The notes under the pieces are model-generated. The model worked only from the letters and a program-made list of their open reading frames with translations. It was not told the origin of the DNA and did not search any database. Position numbers and translations under genes: made by a program. This document shows positions 11,100 to 24,700 of a stretch of DNA of 64,000 nucleotides, piece after piece (position 1 is the first letter of the stretch; every line of letters starts with the position of its first letter). Source of the stretch: Pocillopora damicornis (taxonomy: Eukaryota); contig NW_020846501.1 in NCBI RefSeq assembly GCF_003704095.1, positions 1-64,000 of the forward strand. Reading direction: 5' to 3'.

Positions 11100-12739
11100 T
11101 ATACTGCTGTACACTGGTGGGATCGCAAAATTAGTACGATTTGTCGTTTTTGCCTCGTTCAATAGCAAGATGAGGTTGTTGGGAAGTTCTTTTTTTTCAT
11201 GATTATGATGCAATGACATATGATCGACTTTTGACGTCAAAAATTTATAAACCTCTTACTAACCGAGTTCGAGGTCTGTACTCTAAGTTACGGACCACGT
11301 CACACGCGGGTCATAAAATCCGAGCGGAAAGAACGAGGTGATATGTGGTGGTTTGCGCTTTGAACAGAGACATAAATGTTGATCTCGATCTTGCAGGATC
11401 CTTACATTTGACTGACATGGGACGATTAGTAACAAATTAGGAAGATTAGTAGCAGTCTCCTTTTCGGTAAAGTCCTTCGCGCGTGTCAAAAATAATCAGC
11501 CCAGATAGAGAAATGATGTTAGTACGCCGCGCAGAACTTTGAAAGTGAGCTGCACTAAAAGTAGCACTCTCCGAGTTCTGCGCGGCGCGCTAACATCAAT
11601 TTTTTTCATCGCTGACTTTTTTTGTTTCGACTCGCACGACGGACTTCGCCGAAAAGACGTACCGCTTGTATTGTACAAATTAAGAACAGGAAATGCTATG
11701 TGATCTTCATTGAAAATTAAGCTAATTTTTACTGGAGGATCGTTTCATGAAAGCATCGTGAGAAATTCACTCGTTAATTTTTCAAAAGCAACATTCATTC
11801 ATTTCTTAAAAAAATATTACTTACACATGAAAGCGTGAAATGCTAGGCTGATTGTAAAAAGAGTAAATGGAAATTACCTTCAGAAACACCTTCACAAACA
11901 TCTAATATATATCCGGTTATTGGTAAAATGATAAGATGATCATGAACATACTTGAAGATTATTGAAATAAAGAGGTTCTAAAATAATTTGATTACAAGAA
12001 GTTCCTCCTTGATAGCTTGCGAGTAGGTCCTCATCAGTAGCGCAGCGTGACGCACATTTCTCCGCCCGTTGGAAGATTTTAGACGAGTTTGGGAGAGGTT
12101 TACCGGCACTAGTGCTAGATCCCACGCAGACGTCTTGCCAGCTCGCGTGCCCAAGGCCTTATAAGTTCCCGCAGGCAAAGAAACGCACATGCTGAAGCGA
12201 GTATCTACAAGGGCGTCCTCATTCTAAGCTTTGTCTTCGGTCAGTAAGTGATAGAGGACAACAGTGCGCATAACCGCTGAGCGAAAATAATACCCGTGAT
12301 TTTTCATGCCAGGCTCATTTCCCCGCTTGACTGCGTAAGCTGGGACTACTTGAAGTCTACAGTGAAGACCAAGGATCGTCAAACCTCTGTCGAAAAGATA
12401 AGGTGACAACTATAACGCTAACCACAGGGAAAATAAATAAATGATGTATGTGTGTCAGCAGGCATCATCTCCAGAACAATTTGTCAAAGTACTGAAAAGT
12501 TGCCAGTGGTCTGCGGCCAATAAAAACCTATGGTGATTTTAGCATCTTTCTTAGTTTCGCCTCTTTGGATATTCTCGATACTATACAGCAGTGTGTCAGC
12601 AAGCAAAAAAGTGCAGTACGATTGTAAATATCGTAAGCGTTGTCGCGTTTAAGTGCATTCGTCGCTCATATATAATGGTCTCTTCAGTCGCTTGTTTGTG
12701 TGAAAGTACCTAGTTTTTCTCACACATTGTTCTTGTGAC

Positions 12740-15700
12740 TCAAAGCAGGTTGATTGTAAACAAGTGATCGTCGCTAAAAGGTGCCTTTTCTATGGGAGTT
12801 TCTGCAAAAAAAAATAATGAGGAAACTTTGTCAGAAAGAGCGAGACAAAATGTCGTGGAATGATAAAATCTCCTCCTTTTAGTTTGCTGAATCTCGGGAA
12901 ATTAACTAACAAGCCTTGAATTTAATCAGCGAAGGCAGGCAGTGTTAGCTATCAGCCATTTATGAGAAGTCATAGGTTATCGTCAATTATGTAGTGACTA
13001 AAATCATTTTTATGTCTTTGAATAAACTGCATGAGCCAGAGAGAACTGGTCGAAAATACCTTGTCTACACTCGGGTCCAGTCCATCCAGGACGGCACTTG
13101 CATTTTCCGGTCAGCGGATCACACAGGCCTCCCTGGCCACAGGAGCAGCCCAATAAACAACCGGGACCATACTTCCCTCTACAAACTGAATTCAATTTGA
13201 GTTATCGATGACGGCTCCACGTAACAATCTCGTAATATGAAAGCGATGAGAATTTTTTTAATTAACCTTGGATTACGATTTGGTTTTGACCCAAACGGAT
13301 CGGTTGAGTGTAACTTAAAACCCTGTAACTCCCACGAGTGACCAAGACAGACTTTCTCTCACAATATAGTACGATATTAAACAGACAAGTTAAAAGAATA
13401 AAGAAAAATGTCAATTGGGGGATTATTAGTCGATCAAAAACAAAATTTCTGAACTTGGATGGCATTTTGAATTATTTGAATCATACAACAAAAGTGCTTC
13501 TTAAAAAAACGGTGTCGTAGAACAAGCTAATAGACAGATAGACTACCAGATAGACAGGTTGGAAGACTAACAGACAAACATAAATTACAGAATAATACAT
13601 TGAAACTAGTTAGAGTGATTTTAGCATCTAAAACAAACAAAATTAGCTTAGGAAAGGCGAAAAATGTTTTCACACAGCACAACTTCAGCAGTGGAAACAA
13701 TTTATATACGTATCTGAGCATAGAAGGAAAAAAAGGTTACTTCCCTACACAAAATCTAACAACAATAAACTCCCAAATGTTTAAATAGAGCTAACAGCAA
13801 ATAACACTTTGACCCCTACCATCTAATTTCTCCTTACACTGAATATCACCCCATATACAAACTCATGTTAGGGTGTAAATGGCGAGGAGATAATGATGAT
13901 AGTCAATGCGCAGCCGTAGAAGGAATTGCAATTCAGTTATGATATAACAAAGAACCTACCCTGATCACAGTCGCTACCAGTCCGCCCGCTCGGACACTTG
14001 CACTGTCCAGTAGCAGCATCACAAAAAGATGAGTTAGCGCATGTGCAAAGGAGCAAACATTCAAAGCCATATCGCCCCACCGGACATCCTGTCAGAAAAA
14101 TAAACAAAACGGACATCGTAAACTGATTGAAATCAGATTATCCACGATACGTTGTGAGTTTCGATTGCAATTTTTGATCGATAAAGCTCAGCCAAAATAC
14201 ATTCGCAACGACAAGTAAGAACAAATGTAAATACCTAAGGAGCCAATGAGAAATCAGAACGAAAACGAGCAAAAGATCTGGAGCGCGGGAAAACGTGAGT
14301 GACCAACAAACGGTTGGTTTTAATTTTACATCTGATCGATCGAAAGGGTGGTACGAGTTTACCAGCCAGCGAAGTAGAAAAAAACTAATGACATCACAGG
14401 TCGCTATCGTCACTCCGATGAAAATCGCACCTAAGACTGAGAAGACAAATTTTGATCCACCAAGGACAAGTTGCAAAGGGGGTGGGGGTGGGGGTGGGGA
14501 AAATACATACGTTTAGTGCAGTCTCTCCCAGACCACCCCGGAGCACAGGAGCACTGTCCCGTTCTTGGATCACATGACCCACCATTCATACAGGTGCAGT
14601 GTTTAGTACAGTATGCGCCATATCGGTCAGGAGGGCAACCTAATGTGAATTAAAAAATTAAAAAATGCAAAGACAACAACAAATACGATAGTTAAAACTA
14701 CTCAAACAATAAATGGAAAATTGAAGCTCAATAACGTAAAAGTTTCCACTCACGATATTGACATCTGTCCCCATACCACCCTGGATGGCAAAGACAACAG
14801 CCAGTGATCTTATCACATCCTCCTCTGTTTCTACACTTACATCTTTGTTCACAGTTCAGACCATAATTCCTAGAAGAGCATTCTGTGAAGACACAATCAA
14901 GAAGTAGGGCTCGTAGGGTGATATACCATTAATTGAGTTAAAGGGTCTTGCAACAGTGTTGGGCGACAAGTTGAAAGCTCAATAACGTTGCATTTACGAA
15001 AGGTATTAAAAAAAATGCCCATTCTAAAGCTTGGCCGGATGTTTGAGACAACAAACACCGTGCCAAGAAAAGAGGGTAACGTTCTTTCCAAATTGTCAGT
15101 CACTGCACACTGTTTTATCGTAAATTTGTTACATTATACTTCTTTAGCACATTACGCTAATCTTCGTTCCCAGGGTTCTCTTTCTTGTCGAAAACGTGAA
15201 AAAGGTGAACCACGCTTCCTTATTAGCTCACGATTTATTCAGTTGTTTTCACGATTTTACTACAACGCTTCGGTTAACTCCCATTCACAACTCTCGGCTT
15301 ATTCCAAAGAAACACACATTCAACGTCCCGTTGTAAACGCGTGGAACAGTGCCATATATGGGGTAATAAAACACGTGCCGCACACATGTTTGTTTGGTTA
15401 TGTATAGATAAACGAAATCACTTATCAATGTCAATCAAATTGAGAATAATTAACGTATCGTACAGTTTCCAACATTCTCGAGAGGAACAGAGAAAATCCC
15501 TGCGATGGAGGTTGGGATCCAGCGACATATTGCATATTAGTCTTTACGGGTTCATTAAGAACCAACAAAATGACCTGTTTTCCAGAATGTGTTTTAAGCT
15601 CAATCTAGCAGGCCAGTCGCTGAAGAGATGATTTTAAAATGCTAGCATTTCTAACCTTTTTCGCAGTTGGTCCCAGTCCATCCCAATCCACAGTGACATT

Positions 15701-18700
15701 TACCATTTACATTGTCACAGATGGCATCATTCTGGCACGTACACTCAAACTGACAATCTTGTCCAAAGAAACCACGGCGGCACACTATAAAATGACAGAT
15801 ACCTAGGTCTGAGCTTTTTAATCAGATGTCGTTACACATTACGTCACATCAGCCAATCAGAATGAAGATAAATTGCCGATGTAGCCGATGATAATTGAAA
15901 TACGTGATCAGCGTGAAGGGCGGGAAAACGCGAGTGACCAAGTGACGACTAATTTAGGTTTTACATCTGATTGGTTGAGAGCGGTGTCAGCTTTTTAGAC
16001 CAATTATAGAGCGAAGCTAAGCATAAGCAACGCTATCCCAGACTGCTTTCAACTTCCAATCAAATAAAAAGCATTTTCAAGAGGCTACCATTTTCTGATG
16101 TGAAGTCCAATAGTCTTACTGACGATATTCGACAAATAAATAATTTTCCTATACCTTTCTCGCAATTCACTCCTTGGTATCCCGGATAACAATGGCATTT
16201 TCCGTTCACGTGATCACAGACACCGTTGTAGCAAGAACATTTCTGCCGGCAACCAGGGCCGAACGTTCCCGATGGACAAACTTATGAAAGAAAATAAAGA
16301 AAAACAGTTATCATGGATGCAAAGATCACCTATCGTTAAGGACAACTAAAAGTATGTCTAAACAATGCTACTGAAAGCATCAGGCTGAGTGGAAAAACAA
16401 CTCAGTTCCGGAAAACTGCAGAAACATCATTAGTACTTTGTCCCATTTGTTTTTATATTCTGATCTTGCTCTCGTTGTTCTTGTAGAGGGAATGATCTTA
16501 AAACTTATACAAGTAGTCAGTGAAGCATCACACGCTGTTAATTGTAAGTATCTTCCGATTCAAGCGGTAGATATGCACCTTGCTTTTCACCTTTGAACCT
16601 TGAATCGATCCCACTCGTCTCTCTACTGTTTCAAAAATTAACGAGGGAAGCGCGCGAGAGGTGCGTGTACGGGAAAATGGGAAGGGTCAATTCTCTCTTC
16701 TCGTCCTCGTTCCTATAGTCCTTCAACGTTAGAAATGGAACTCAAATGAGAATTTTAAAGACATTTTTCCTTAACTTTACCGTGTTCACACTGACTTCCT
16801 ATCCAGCCTGCATCACATCGGCACTTCCCAGTCTCAGGGTCGCACTCGGAATTCTCTGAGCAAGTGCAGTTAAACTTGCAGTTGCGGCCATATGTACCCC
16901 TGCGACAGGCTAATATTATAACAAAATCTTATCTCAATGTAGCAGTTGCTATAGGCGTTATTGTTAGGAGTTAGCTAAAATAGGGCATCATTTAGGTAAT
17001 ACTGTAATATAGTAAATAAACTCGGGGGTCACATTTGACTGTGAAGTCTAATCTTTCGGCTGAGGGTAATCCTGAGGTGGAATATTGTTGGTAGCAGTGA
17101 CTAACGTTTCGTTAGCCTGAGCGGAAGTCCGGCTCTTGTAGACTGATTGGTCAGTTTAGTTATGACGTTTTTGGTTGTAAGACTCAAGTAATGTAAGTCG
17201 GTCGTGACTATCAGTGTCGATCCTTCGGTCGTTCTGTGCGGTTCGTTTGTAGTGTAAATGTTGCGAATAGGTCATTATATGGTGCTGGTAATTTTTACGT
17301 AAACCACAACTACATGCAGGAGACCGGTGCTGTTTCTACGCTTGGTTACCAAATTTTTTGCACTCTTAATTAATATCATGTACCATACGTACACTTTCGG
17401 CATGTTTTTCCGTGACTTCCAGGTTCACATAAACATTCTGCTGTGTATGGATCACACATCACTGAAGGAGGGCAGCTGCATCTAAGCGAGCAGTCAGCAC
17501 CGTGTCTACCAGAAGGACAAACTGTTTGGGAAATTTACCAAGAAAATTCTTCAGGAGTACTTTTAAAGAGTTTCAAAAAACCCTTCGTACATTAACGCTT
17601 AATGCAGGTCAGGGGGCTGAGGTAAAGTCGGCTGCGTGGTATGTGGTTTCTCCACCTGGAGCCTGACTCAATTTCAGTCGTGTAGAGTGATGAGGAGTAT
17701 TGCAACTTCCCCCCCCCCCTCACTGGAAGTGAGGCCAGCACACCGCAGATTGCCCCTCCTCAGCGTTTCATATGGGTTCCCCAGCAATTTGCCTTCACCC
17801 ATTTATGATCAGCCCGCTTTCTTCCCCCTTGATCTAGAGTAATGGAGATATGCACTGTGAGAGGAAAGAACATAGCTCAATGACTAGCAGGGGTCGAGCC
17901 CAGACCCTTTTAGTCTGAGGTCGAGAGCGCCAATAATCACGTCAGCCGAGCTCAAGTAATTTTATTTCATACCCACCTCGTTTACATTCGCCTGTCACAG
18001 CGTCGCACCTTTCATATCCGGTGCAATTACATTTTCTATTGCAATTTTCGCCGAAGAAACCCTTCTGACAACCTTTAAAGGAAAGAAATGGTAACCAAAA
18101 GTAAGGAGAGAAATTTTCTTACGAACGACTGGACATGTACACCGAAGGTTTTAATAATGTGACCTATCGTTCAATTTTGATTTAGTTCGGGATCGACTTC
18201 AAAAAGTTTCGCCGAGGACCGCTCAGCACATATCGATGCTACTGTATCTCTACTACAAAAAAAATGCATTTTCGCCACCGAAACACAACAGTTTGCAGCA
18301 AAAGTTCAGTCAGTGTGCAAGAATAAAAAATGGTGTGCAAAAATATCTCGTGCCTTTGTTGAACAGCAGTCTGTGAGAAAAGTTTTAAACTTAACCTCTT
18401 CTCTTGCATCTAATTTAGAGAAGAACCGCGCCGCTTTTAAACTTAAAAAAAATTCCGCTTATTTAGTCTGGTGTTGCTGCGGTTTCGCGCTATGGTGTCG
18501 GGCGTGAGTCGCGAATGTTCCAGATGGGCGTCGATGCTTTTCAGCTCAATCACCGTAGTGGGAAGGGGCTCTTACCCAAGCTCCTTTGTAATCATAATCT
18601 ACTACTTTGTCCTTCTAAAGCTGAGAGGAAGAGTGGGGCTCAGACGTATCCTTACCCACTCCCCCACATGCTCTGATTCTTACCTTTATCGCATTCTTTT

Positions 18701-21700
18701 CCAAACCGGCCAGCCTGACAAATACAACTTCCGGTCACATGATCACATGAGGCTTTTGCAGGACAAGAACACGAATTGCTACAGTTCACTCCATAAAATC
18801 CTTCAGGACATCCTGTTTATTGAAAAAAAAAAGGGAAAAAACTCATTTCAAGCCATTTGATTTTAAAAACATTAAAATGCTTGTTTTGTTTTCTCATTGC
18901 TTCTAATTTGTTTTATTTATAGTCGCCTGGGGGTCCCCTTGGGTTTGGGTTAGGGTTAAGGGGTGGGGTGGGGTCGAAGGTTTTGGTTATGTCTCGATTA
19001 AATTTATCTTATCCCTTAACAAGTCTCTGCAATATTCTTATAATCTCTAGTCAATGGCAGGTTATTGGCAATCAATATTCTTTATTCCCCATTTTGTACT
19101 CTATTAGCGACGACTGATCCCCACTCCGTTCCCCCTGAAAACAATTTAATCCTCACTTTGCTTAAATTATTTCATTCAGATGTACGGGCTGCGAACGACG
19201 AGTGTTTATAGCGAGAAAGCCTTAAAATTTTGCTCAGGTAAACCAACATAGCGCAAAAGCATTCTTGATTGAATTCAGTGAGGCAACGTAAGTGGTATTA
19301 TTGAGGTAGTCTGGATAAAGTGTTTACTTTTCTCACATGTCTCGCCGATCCAACCAGGTGCGCAGACACAAGATCCCGTTACGTTATCACAGGTTGCGTT
19401 GTGCTCGCATCTACAATGACACCTGCCAGTCACAGGATCGCATGACGAGTTTCCATGACAACCACACGACTGACTGCAATTCTGTCCAAAGTAACCTTGG
19501 GGGCAAGCTACGAAAATAATGAATAGACAACCATTAATGAGATCCTTTTCCAATGATAATGAAATCATGGAGCTAACCTTCATCACATCTCGGTCCCGTT
19601 GTTCCAGCCGGACACTGGCATTCTCCGGTATCAGGAGCACATGAGCTGTTGACGCAATCGCACCGCTGACCACAATCGGTTCCGTAGGTGTCTTGAGGGC
19701 ACACTACAGGGATAAAGAGAATCCTGGCTGTTAATTTTGGTTGCGTTTGTTTGTTTATAAGCATGCTCGAAACGAATTAAAACTGAATGTAAACAAAACC
19801 AAAACAAAAGAATTACATCGGCTGTCAGAAGAAAGGAAGCTGTCGCCAAAGAAATATTATGACTCAAAGAAGAAAAAAATCAAGCTCCTCGAGGGGAGTT
19901 GGGGAGGCAAACACGAGGGAACAAGGTGCAATTGCTTCATGTTTAAGGTAACGCAAGTTTTCGCGAGTACTTACGGATCGTGTGAATAAAAACACCAGCA
20001 AGATCCTAGATCACTTTCAACACTTAATGATAATCACAACATAATGACTTTCCTCAGGACGTGGCAATCCAAAATTGGGTTTGATTGTTGGATTGCTTTT
20101 AATTATGGCGTACATGACAATTTTTAGATTTGCCTCAGCACTGAACAAGTAGACGTACTCTCTTTGCAGTATTTCCCAGTCCTTCCCGCAGGACATTTAC
20201 AGGTTCCTTCCACTGGATCACATCGTGCATCCTCAAGACAGCGACACCGTTGAGCACACCTGTTACCATATGAACCTTTTGGACAAACTAAAATCAAAGC
20301 ACTTTTGTTAAGGAATAAAGTTGAGCCTGCAGCTTCTACTTGTGATAACCGACCACGTTCATTAAAACAAACGAGAAGATTTGCGCAACCAAAATGGCAG
20401 ACGTGACCTCAAATGGAAACAATATGAATCATATGAAATATCAGTTTGTACCTGTGTCACATTTGTTCCCAGTCTTCCCTTTTGGACAAATACACCTCCC
20501 GCTGACCGGATGGCAACGAGAGCCAGGGTCACAGTTACAGCGACTTCTACACTTTTTTCCAAACGTTCCTTGCTCACAGGCTGCAGAACAAAATCGCACG
20601 AGCGCATGAAGTTTACGCAGATCTTAGAAAACACTTAAAGACCCGTTAACTATAAAAATATTTCATGATGGCAAGCAAAATTTTATGCTCAGTTAGCTTG
20701 CAAGACACGGATGTTTTAAAGTGGCCCTAGAAAATCCTCAGAAGTTTACTTACCCTTCTCACACCTAGTTCCAGTCCTTCCCGCAGGGCAGATACATTCA
20801 CCGCTGACTGGATCACAACGGGATCTACCAGCGCATTGGCATTTGTTGAGACACTTGCGTCCATATGTTCCCGCTGGACAGACTAGAAAACGCAGAAACT
20901 ATTAGTAAGGTTATTCACGGATACAAAGCGAGAAGCTCCCAAAGTCAGATGATCAAACACACGGTGTAAGTAGCGTTGGACTAAAGCAGTCGATGTAAAA
21001 CCGTACTTACATCGGTCGCAACGCCTGCCGGTTCTTCCGTCAGCACAAACGCACGCTCCTGACATGGCGTCACACTTGATTCCTTCTGCGCAGTCGCAAA
21101 CTTGGTCACAGTTAAAACCGAACCGGCCCTCGGGGCATACTATTAGGGAAAGAAACAGCATAATCGCTCACAATGTCAGTATCTGAATAACTGCACGCTT
21201 ACCCCTCCCCCAACCCAATAACAGTTAACAGAGGACGAGCTAGGGTTAATGTTGAATTAGAGAAGTTGCTCAGAAACTGACATTGATCCAATTTTTTTCG
21301 GCAATATTCTACTGAAATAGATAATTAATATAACAGGGAAAGCTTACAACTCTGATGAGTTCCTGAGACAGATTAGGACCCTTTTTTTAGAAAATTTTCA
21401 TGATCACTATTTGTAAATGGCAGTAACACTCCAAGACCTCTACGGAGAGAAATGACAGGCTTTTCTTCACCTTCGTCACACCTGGATCCCATTTTTCCCA
21501 TGGGACAAATGCAGGAACCAGTCACGGGGTCACATGTCACACCACCACTGCACTGACATCGCTGACTGCATCCATGACCAAAAGTACCTTGGGCGCATAC
21601 TACATGAGGAAAGAGGAGAACGAGGGAATAAAAACTATATTTTCCAACAGTTTGTCATTTCAGCTGTCGTCGTACAAGCAGCATGTGTTAGTTTCTTGTA

Positions 21701-24700
21701 GTCAGCAACTCACAGCTTTACTGATAGCTTACGGAGCACAACAACAACAGATTGATACGTGCTCTACCTATATGAACTACGCGACAATCACGAACATTTC
21801 GAAATGACTTCGTCTTATACCATTAGTAGGTCGATATGCATGATATTTTGCGAGCAGTCCCTCATTTTCAGACGAGTTGAAGGGAGGGAGGGGGAAAAGG
21901 GGGGTTTGTTGAGGGTCTAGTCGTGCTAAACTCCTAGCAAATCTCTTGCTAGTGGGCGTAGCCTAGGGCCTCATATCTTTTCCCGGACGAAGAAACGCTT
22001 CTGCTGAAGGGCTAATAATGAGGGCAAAGTAAACCATAGAACATTCCTCTACACAACGCTTCAAGATACATGAAATTTCAGCAAATGTCGATGACGATAA
22101 CAATGAATCCCTTCAGGTATCAAAATAAGGATTGGCAATTCCGAGAACACCTAGCAAATTTTTCACACGCGTTTTCAATTAGCACCTTATGTTAGCCTAC
22201 GTTGACCTCTGGATAAATTGCACACCTTAAACATTTGTGCACAAAAACGGTAGCGTTAGATTTTGTAATTTTTGGGTCCAGTGGACTCCTCCATATTTGC
22301 CTAAGTTGATATTGCTAATTCTATAGGGATTCCATGACCATAAAGAATGCTACCATGCAGCTTTTTTGTTCCTTCTCCGAATGTCGATGCTTACTTTAAC
22401 AATGTAGATTTGAATGTTTACTGAATTTTTTTACGTTCTACATCACGTTGTCAGGATGGCCGAGCGGTCGAAGGCGCCAGACTCAAGGAGAAAGCTCTTT
22501 ACCATTAAGATGGTAGCAAAGTATTCTGGTCTCCAAATGGAGGCGTGGGTTCGAATCCCACTCCTGACACAATGTCATTTTTATTTTTTATTCAGTAATT
22601 ACAGTGCGGTGAAACCTTGTACCTAAAAGATGTCTTAAAAGCTTTTGATAGTTAAATATCTTTCACGGCATTTAGTTATCAAGATATAAAATAATAGGCA
22701 TGATCAAATTTTCAACTTTAGAGTATTTAGTGTTTTGATTGTTCACTTAACTCCAGTGGTCAGCTCATATTCCGTCTCACCTTATATGGAAATGTATTAC
22801 GCCAACTGGTCGGAGCTGCAAAAAGGCTCCAACTATCCAAAAGTTTAGGATTTAATAAAAAATTTATTAAAAATTATTCCATTCGCACTTGTTGGATACG
22901 AGATTGGTAATAGCCAACTAGGCACTACGCGCTTCGTTTACTGTTCACCAACTCATATCCATCGCGCACCCGTGGAGCTAAATAGTCTGTGGAGAGCGCG
23001 AGCTAGCGCGGGATGCGCTCGTAAGGTGCTTTCTCCGTGATTTTTCGATGGTTTTTCGGTTCATCTGTGCGTTTGTTACGCAAGCTAAATACTAATTTTT
23101 CAAGGCCAACTCCTTGTTGAATATCATAACAACTCATTGCGTACTTTACATACAGCATCCACCAGAAATTTTACGGAAGAAGTCTTTCGTTACCTTTCTG
23201 ACAATTTGGTCCAGTCAGGCCCGCCGGACACGTGACATCACACTTGCCGTGCACGTGATCGCAACGCACAGCTTCAGGGCAGTTGCATCTTCTTAGGCAG
23301 TATTTGCCATAAGTTCCATCAGGACATTCTATCAGAGTTCAGTACGATTTAAAAGAAAAACATGAGAAAAATAATGCTTTCCAAATGATAGATTGAAGAA
23401 CTTTAAATGGCGAGCCTGTTAGTTGGTATTTGATGTATTTTCAGTAAATGTAATGTAATGATAAAAATGAATGAAATAAGAAAAACGAAAAATTTCATCC
23501 CCGTAAGAAATTAACCAGGTTTCCGTGGTGTGCAACACTATTAAGAGTATTACTCTTCCTGAACAGTGAGCAAATCATCCGAAATCTCTCTCCAGCCTGT
23601 CTCTTCTGGGACAGTCAGCCGGTACTAACTGGATAAGGCAAATGTGTTTACTTCCTTCTTGCCATATATTTAACTTTGTAGTAAGATACATCTACCTTTG
23701 GAAGGTTACAATTCTATTACTTGGCACACAAAACCTGGTGCACAGGAGTAGGATAAAACTGAACAATTACAATCTGCTAATTGAATCATTTCATGATCTG
23801 AATTGGTCAGCAACAAGAATTCAAAAACTTCAGCTGAATCTGTCGATTTTTACGCTTGGGCGGAGGAAGCTACTGCACGGGTGAAGCGTCAAAGAAATAG
23901 ATCTGGAACCCAGCGGGCAGATCATAAAGTCACCACTGTTCTTTAGGAGTCATCCATGGGTCTTCTTTCGCCTGAAGTTTTTCTTTTCACCGAAAAAATC
24001 GACAGAATACCCGCAGTTTAACCCCTCTTTGTAACAAGTTACTAAACGAAAACTTACTGTTTGAGCAGTGTTTGCCTAGATAACCAGGCTTACAGTCACA
24101 TGTTCCATCCTTAGGGTCGCACCTTTCTGTATGATCAGCCAGGCACTTGCATTTTTCTCTGCACGCTGCTCCAAAGGACCCTGAGGGGCACCCTGTTAGG
24201 GAAGATTATTACAGTAAAACCAGCGGGCAAAAATCAGTTTCAACGCTATATTGAATGACATCTACCTTTAGAGCAGTGGGCCCCAAAGAATCCTGGGTCA
24301 CACTGACACGTGCCAGTTACCGGATGGCAAGGTTCCATGTGAACACATGTGCACTTCTGCTTACATCCTTCTCCATAGAAACCGGTGGGACAAGCTAGCG
24401 TGAAATGTTTAGAGAACGTTAGATATTTCACTTCATTACTATCAATGAAAGAGGAGACTGAAAACACGAAACCAATAAGGAAAAAGGGTAAGATTTGTAA
24501 TGAGACAAACTTAATGTGAGCCAAAGGAAATTTTTGATTTCTGTGGAGGGTGCGAACTCCAAGCAAAAGTAATACAACTAATACATGGAGCAGTTTTCAA
24601 TTAAGTATCAAAATCAAACCGTAATTGCTTCGGCTTTGCTTTACTGTGTTGTATGGTTGAAAGCTCTCGCTACTTCCTCAAAACTAAAGCAAATTACGAC

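Noticed and set aside
12000-12045. Minus-strand CTGATGAG as a hammerhead core
   Set aside because: No stem II-GAAA or cleavage triplet follows.
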